This document shows, one piece after another, positions 62,494-64,000 of a stretch of 64,000 bases of DNA. The position numbers and the translations under genes were made by a program. The notes beneath the pieces are model-generated. The model was not told where the DNA came from, did no database searches, and saw only the letters and a list, made by a program, of their open reading frames with translations. The stretch spans positions 151,466,001 to 151,530,000 of the forward strand of contig CM075977.1 of assembly GCA_038087875.1 (NCBI GenBank), given 5' to 3'. Position 1 is the stretch's first letter, and the number at the start of each line of letters is the position of its first letter. Source of the stretch: Malacoraja senta. Taxonomy: Eukaryota.

Positions 62494-62702
62494 TTGGTTC
62501 ATCATCTATCATTGCATGGAAAAAATGCAGAAAGATGAAAGAACACAATAGAGAGTCACGAGGAGAGGATAATTTCCCTAATTTATCCCTGTGGGAATCT
62601 TGCCACCCATCAGAAACATAACTTTGGTCCTATCCACCACTCTTGCATCTTCTTTGCAGCATAAAGCTAACTTACTTTCTCTTTTTCCCAGTTTTGATTA
62701 AA

Positions 62703-62920
62703 GGTTTTGACGTCCATCTTCAAATTCACCAACGACATCACTGTTGCTGGACGAATTAGGGATGATGATGAGTCAGAGTACAGGGGGAAGATCAATGGAC
62801 TGACCGAATCATGCAAGAACAACAACTTTGCTCTCAATGTCACTAAAACCAAGGAACTGATTTGTTGACTTTAGAAGAGAAAGGCCAAGGATTCACAGAT
62901 CTGTCTTCATCGACAGGACG
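62703..62920 (+). mobile_element. Rex1/Babar LINE RT fragment
   Basis: IFKFTNDITVAGRIRDDDESEYR...NNFALNVTKTKELI.DFRR. Confidence 0.75.
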
Positions 62921-62922
62921 GG

Positions 62923-64000
62923 ATCTGTATCAGTATCTTGACGTACAATCACCATCACTAGTTGTCGCATACATTAGGAGGGTCATGTGCAAAGTCGCAA
63001 TTAAATATTAAAGTGGGCCTTAGAAGTCAGCGTCTTAATATCGATTGTTTCCACCTTGGTCTTGAAGGTCTTGACATTGGATGCAGTGCGAATGTCATGG
63101 TGGAGATGATTCCATTCGCGAATTGCCTTTGGGTACAGTGAATACCTATAACAGTCTTTATATGTTTGGATAATGTTGTATTTGAAAATCCCCGATTGCC
63201 TGGTATTTGGTTTACTGGATGAATTTGTAGATTGAAGATGACTCTTGATGTTGCTTGGAATAAACCCGTGCGTTTCTTTATAGATGGTCGTCAGGCGTAA
63301 TTTGGTCCTACGGTCCAGAAGAGTTTCCCACTCTAGATCAGCAAGGATTTTAGTGATACTGGCCTTCCTGCTGTAATCACCAATGGTAAACCTTGCAGCT
63401 CCATTTTGAATTCTTTCTAACATGTCCCCAACTATTTTGTGTTGTGGATCCCAGAGCAATACTCAAGTTTGGGTCTTATAGGAGTCTTGTAGGCCATAGA
63501 CTTGGTTCTGTTGTTGCAATAATAAATATTTCTCTTCAGCAATCCCAGCATTATGTTAGCCTTGATGGTTGTTTGGTTGATGTGAGTAGACCATTTCAAA
63601 TCACTGCTAAGTTCCACTCCCAGGTAGAGATGATGTTTCACCTCTTCCAGGGTGGAGTGTCCTATCTTGTACTGCATGGTAACCGGGTCCCTCCTGTGAG
63701 TAACTCTCATACTGAAGCACTTAGAAGAATTGAAAGACATCTGCCAATATCCTTCCCATTTGAAACTGGTCTATAGTTTCCGGAGTTACTTCTATCGCCT
63801 TTCTTGTAAAGCGGAGTTACGTTAGCCTCACGCCAAGCATCCGGGAAACAGCCAGAATTAAATGATTTCTGAAAAATCTTAGTTAACACTGGAGCAATTG
63901 AGGAGGCACATTCTTTCAGGATCTTCGCAGGAATAGCATCAGGACCTGAAGCTTTATTTAGATTCACATCTTGCAATAGCTTCTCAACACCCTGCTTGTT
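62923..64000 (-). mobile_element. CR1/L2-group LINE ORF2 3' part with the RT core deleted
   Basis: KASGPDAIP...NVTPLYKKGDRSNSGNYRPVS joins directly to WQMSFNSSKC...RPKLEYC...LERIQNGAARF...YPKAIREWNHL. Runs off the window. Confidence 0.85.

Noticed and set aside
61869-64000. Next upstream exon of the SLC27A gene
   Set aside because: No KFSAS/QYIGE-type coding sequence found; it must lie beyond the window.

Overview
Repeat-dense vertebrate genomic DNA, most likely from a cartilaginous fish (skate/ray). This is inferred from the HE1/HER1-like SINE/CR1 content and abundant Penelope terminal repeats. The only host gene I can support is the 3' part of a long-chain fatty acid transport protein / acyl-CoA synthetase (SLC27A6-like) on the minus strand. 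It has six GT-AG coding exons of 195, 91, 199, 98, 131 and 177 bp between 61868 and 34893; upstream exons lie beyond the window. The rest is a stack of mobile elements: a full-length Mag-type Gypsy LTR element (5-bp TSD), a DIRS element with intact ITR/ICR architecture, a nested hAT (CGGBP1/DUF659-like), a non-autonomous Helitron with nested LINEs and minisatellites, a foldback element, a hAT5-like element, Tc1, RTE, Hero, L2, CR1 and Penelope pieces. Two observations stand out. First, a three-copy DNA transposon family with TAG termini and 7-bp TSDs whose residual coding region resembles a spindlin-type (Spin/Ssty) Tudor domain. Second, a set of short palindromic Penelope-derived insertions with 10-17 bp TSDs and minimal hammerhead ribozyme motifs. 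All family assignments come from recalled motifs, not database searches.
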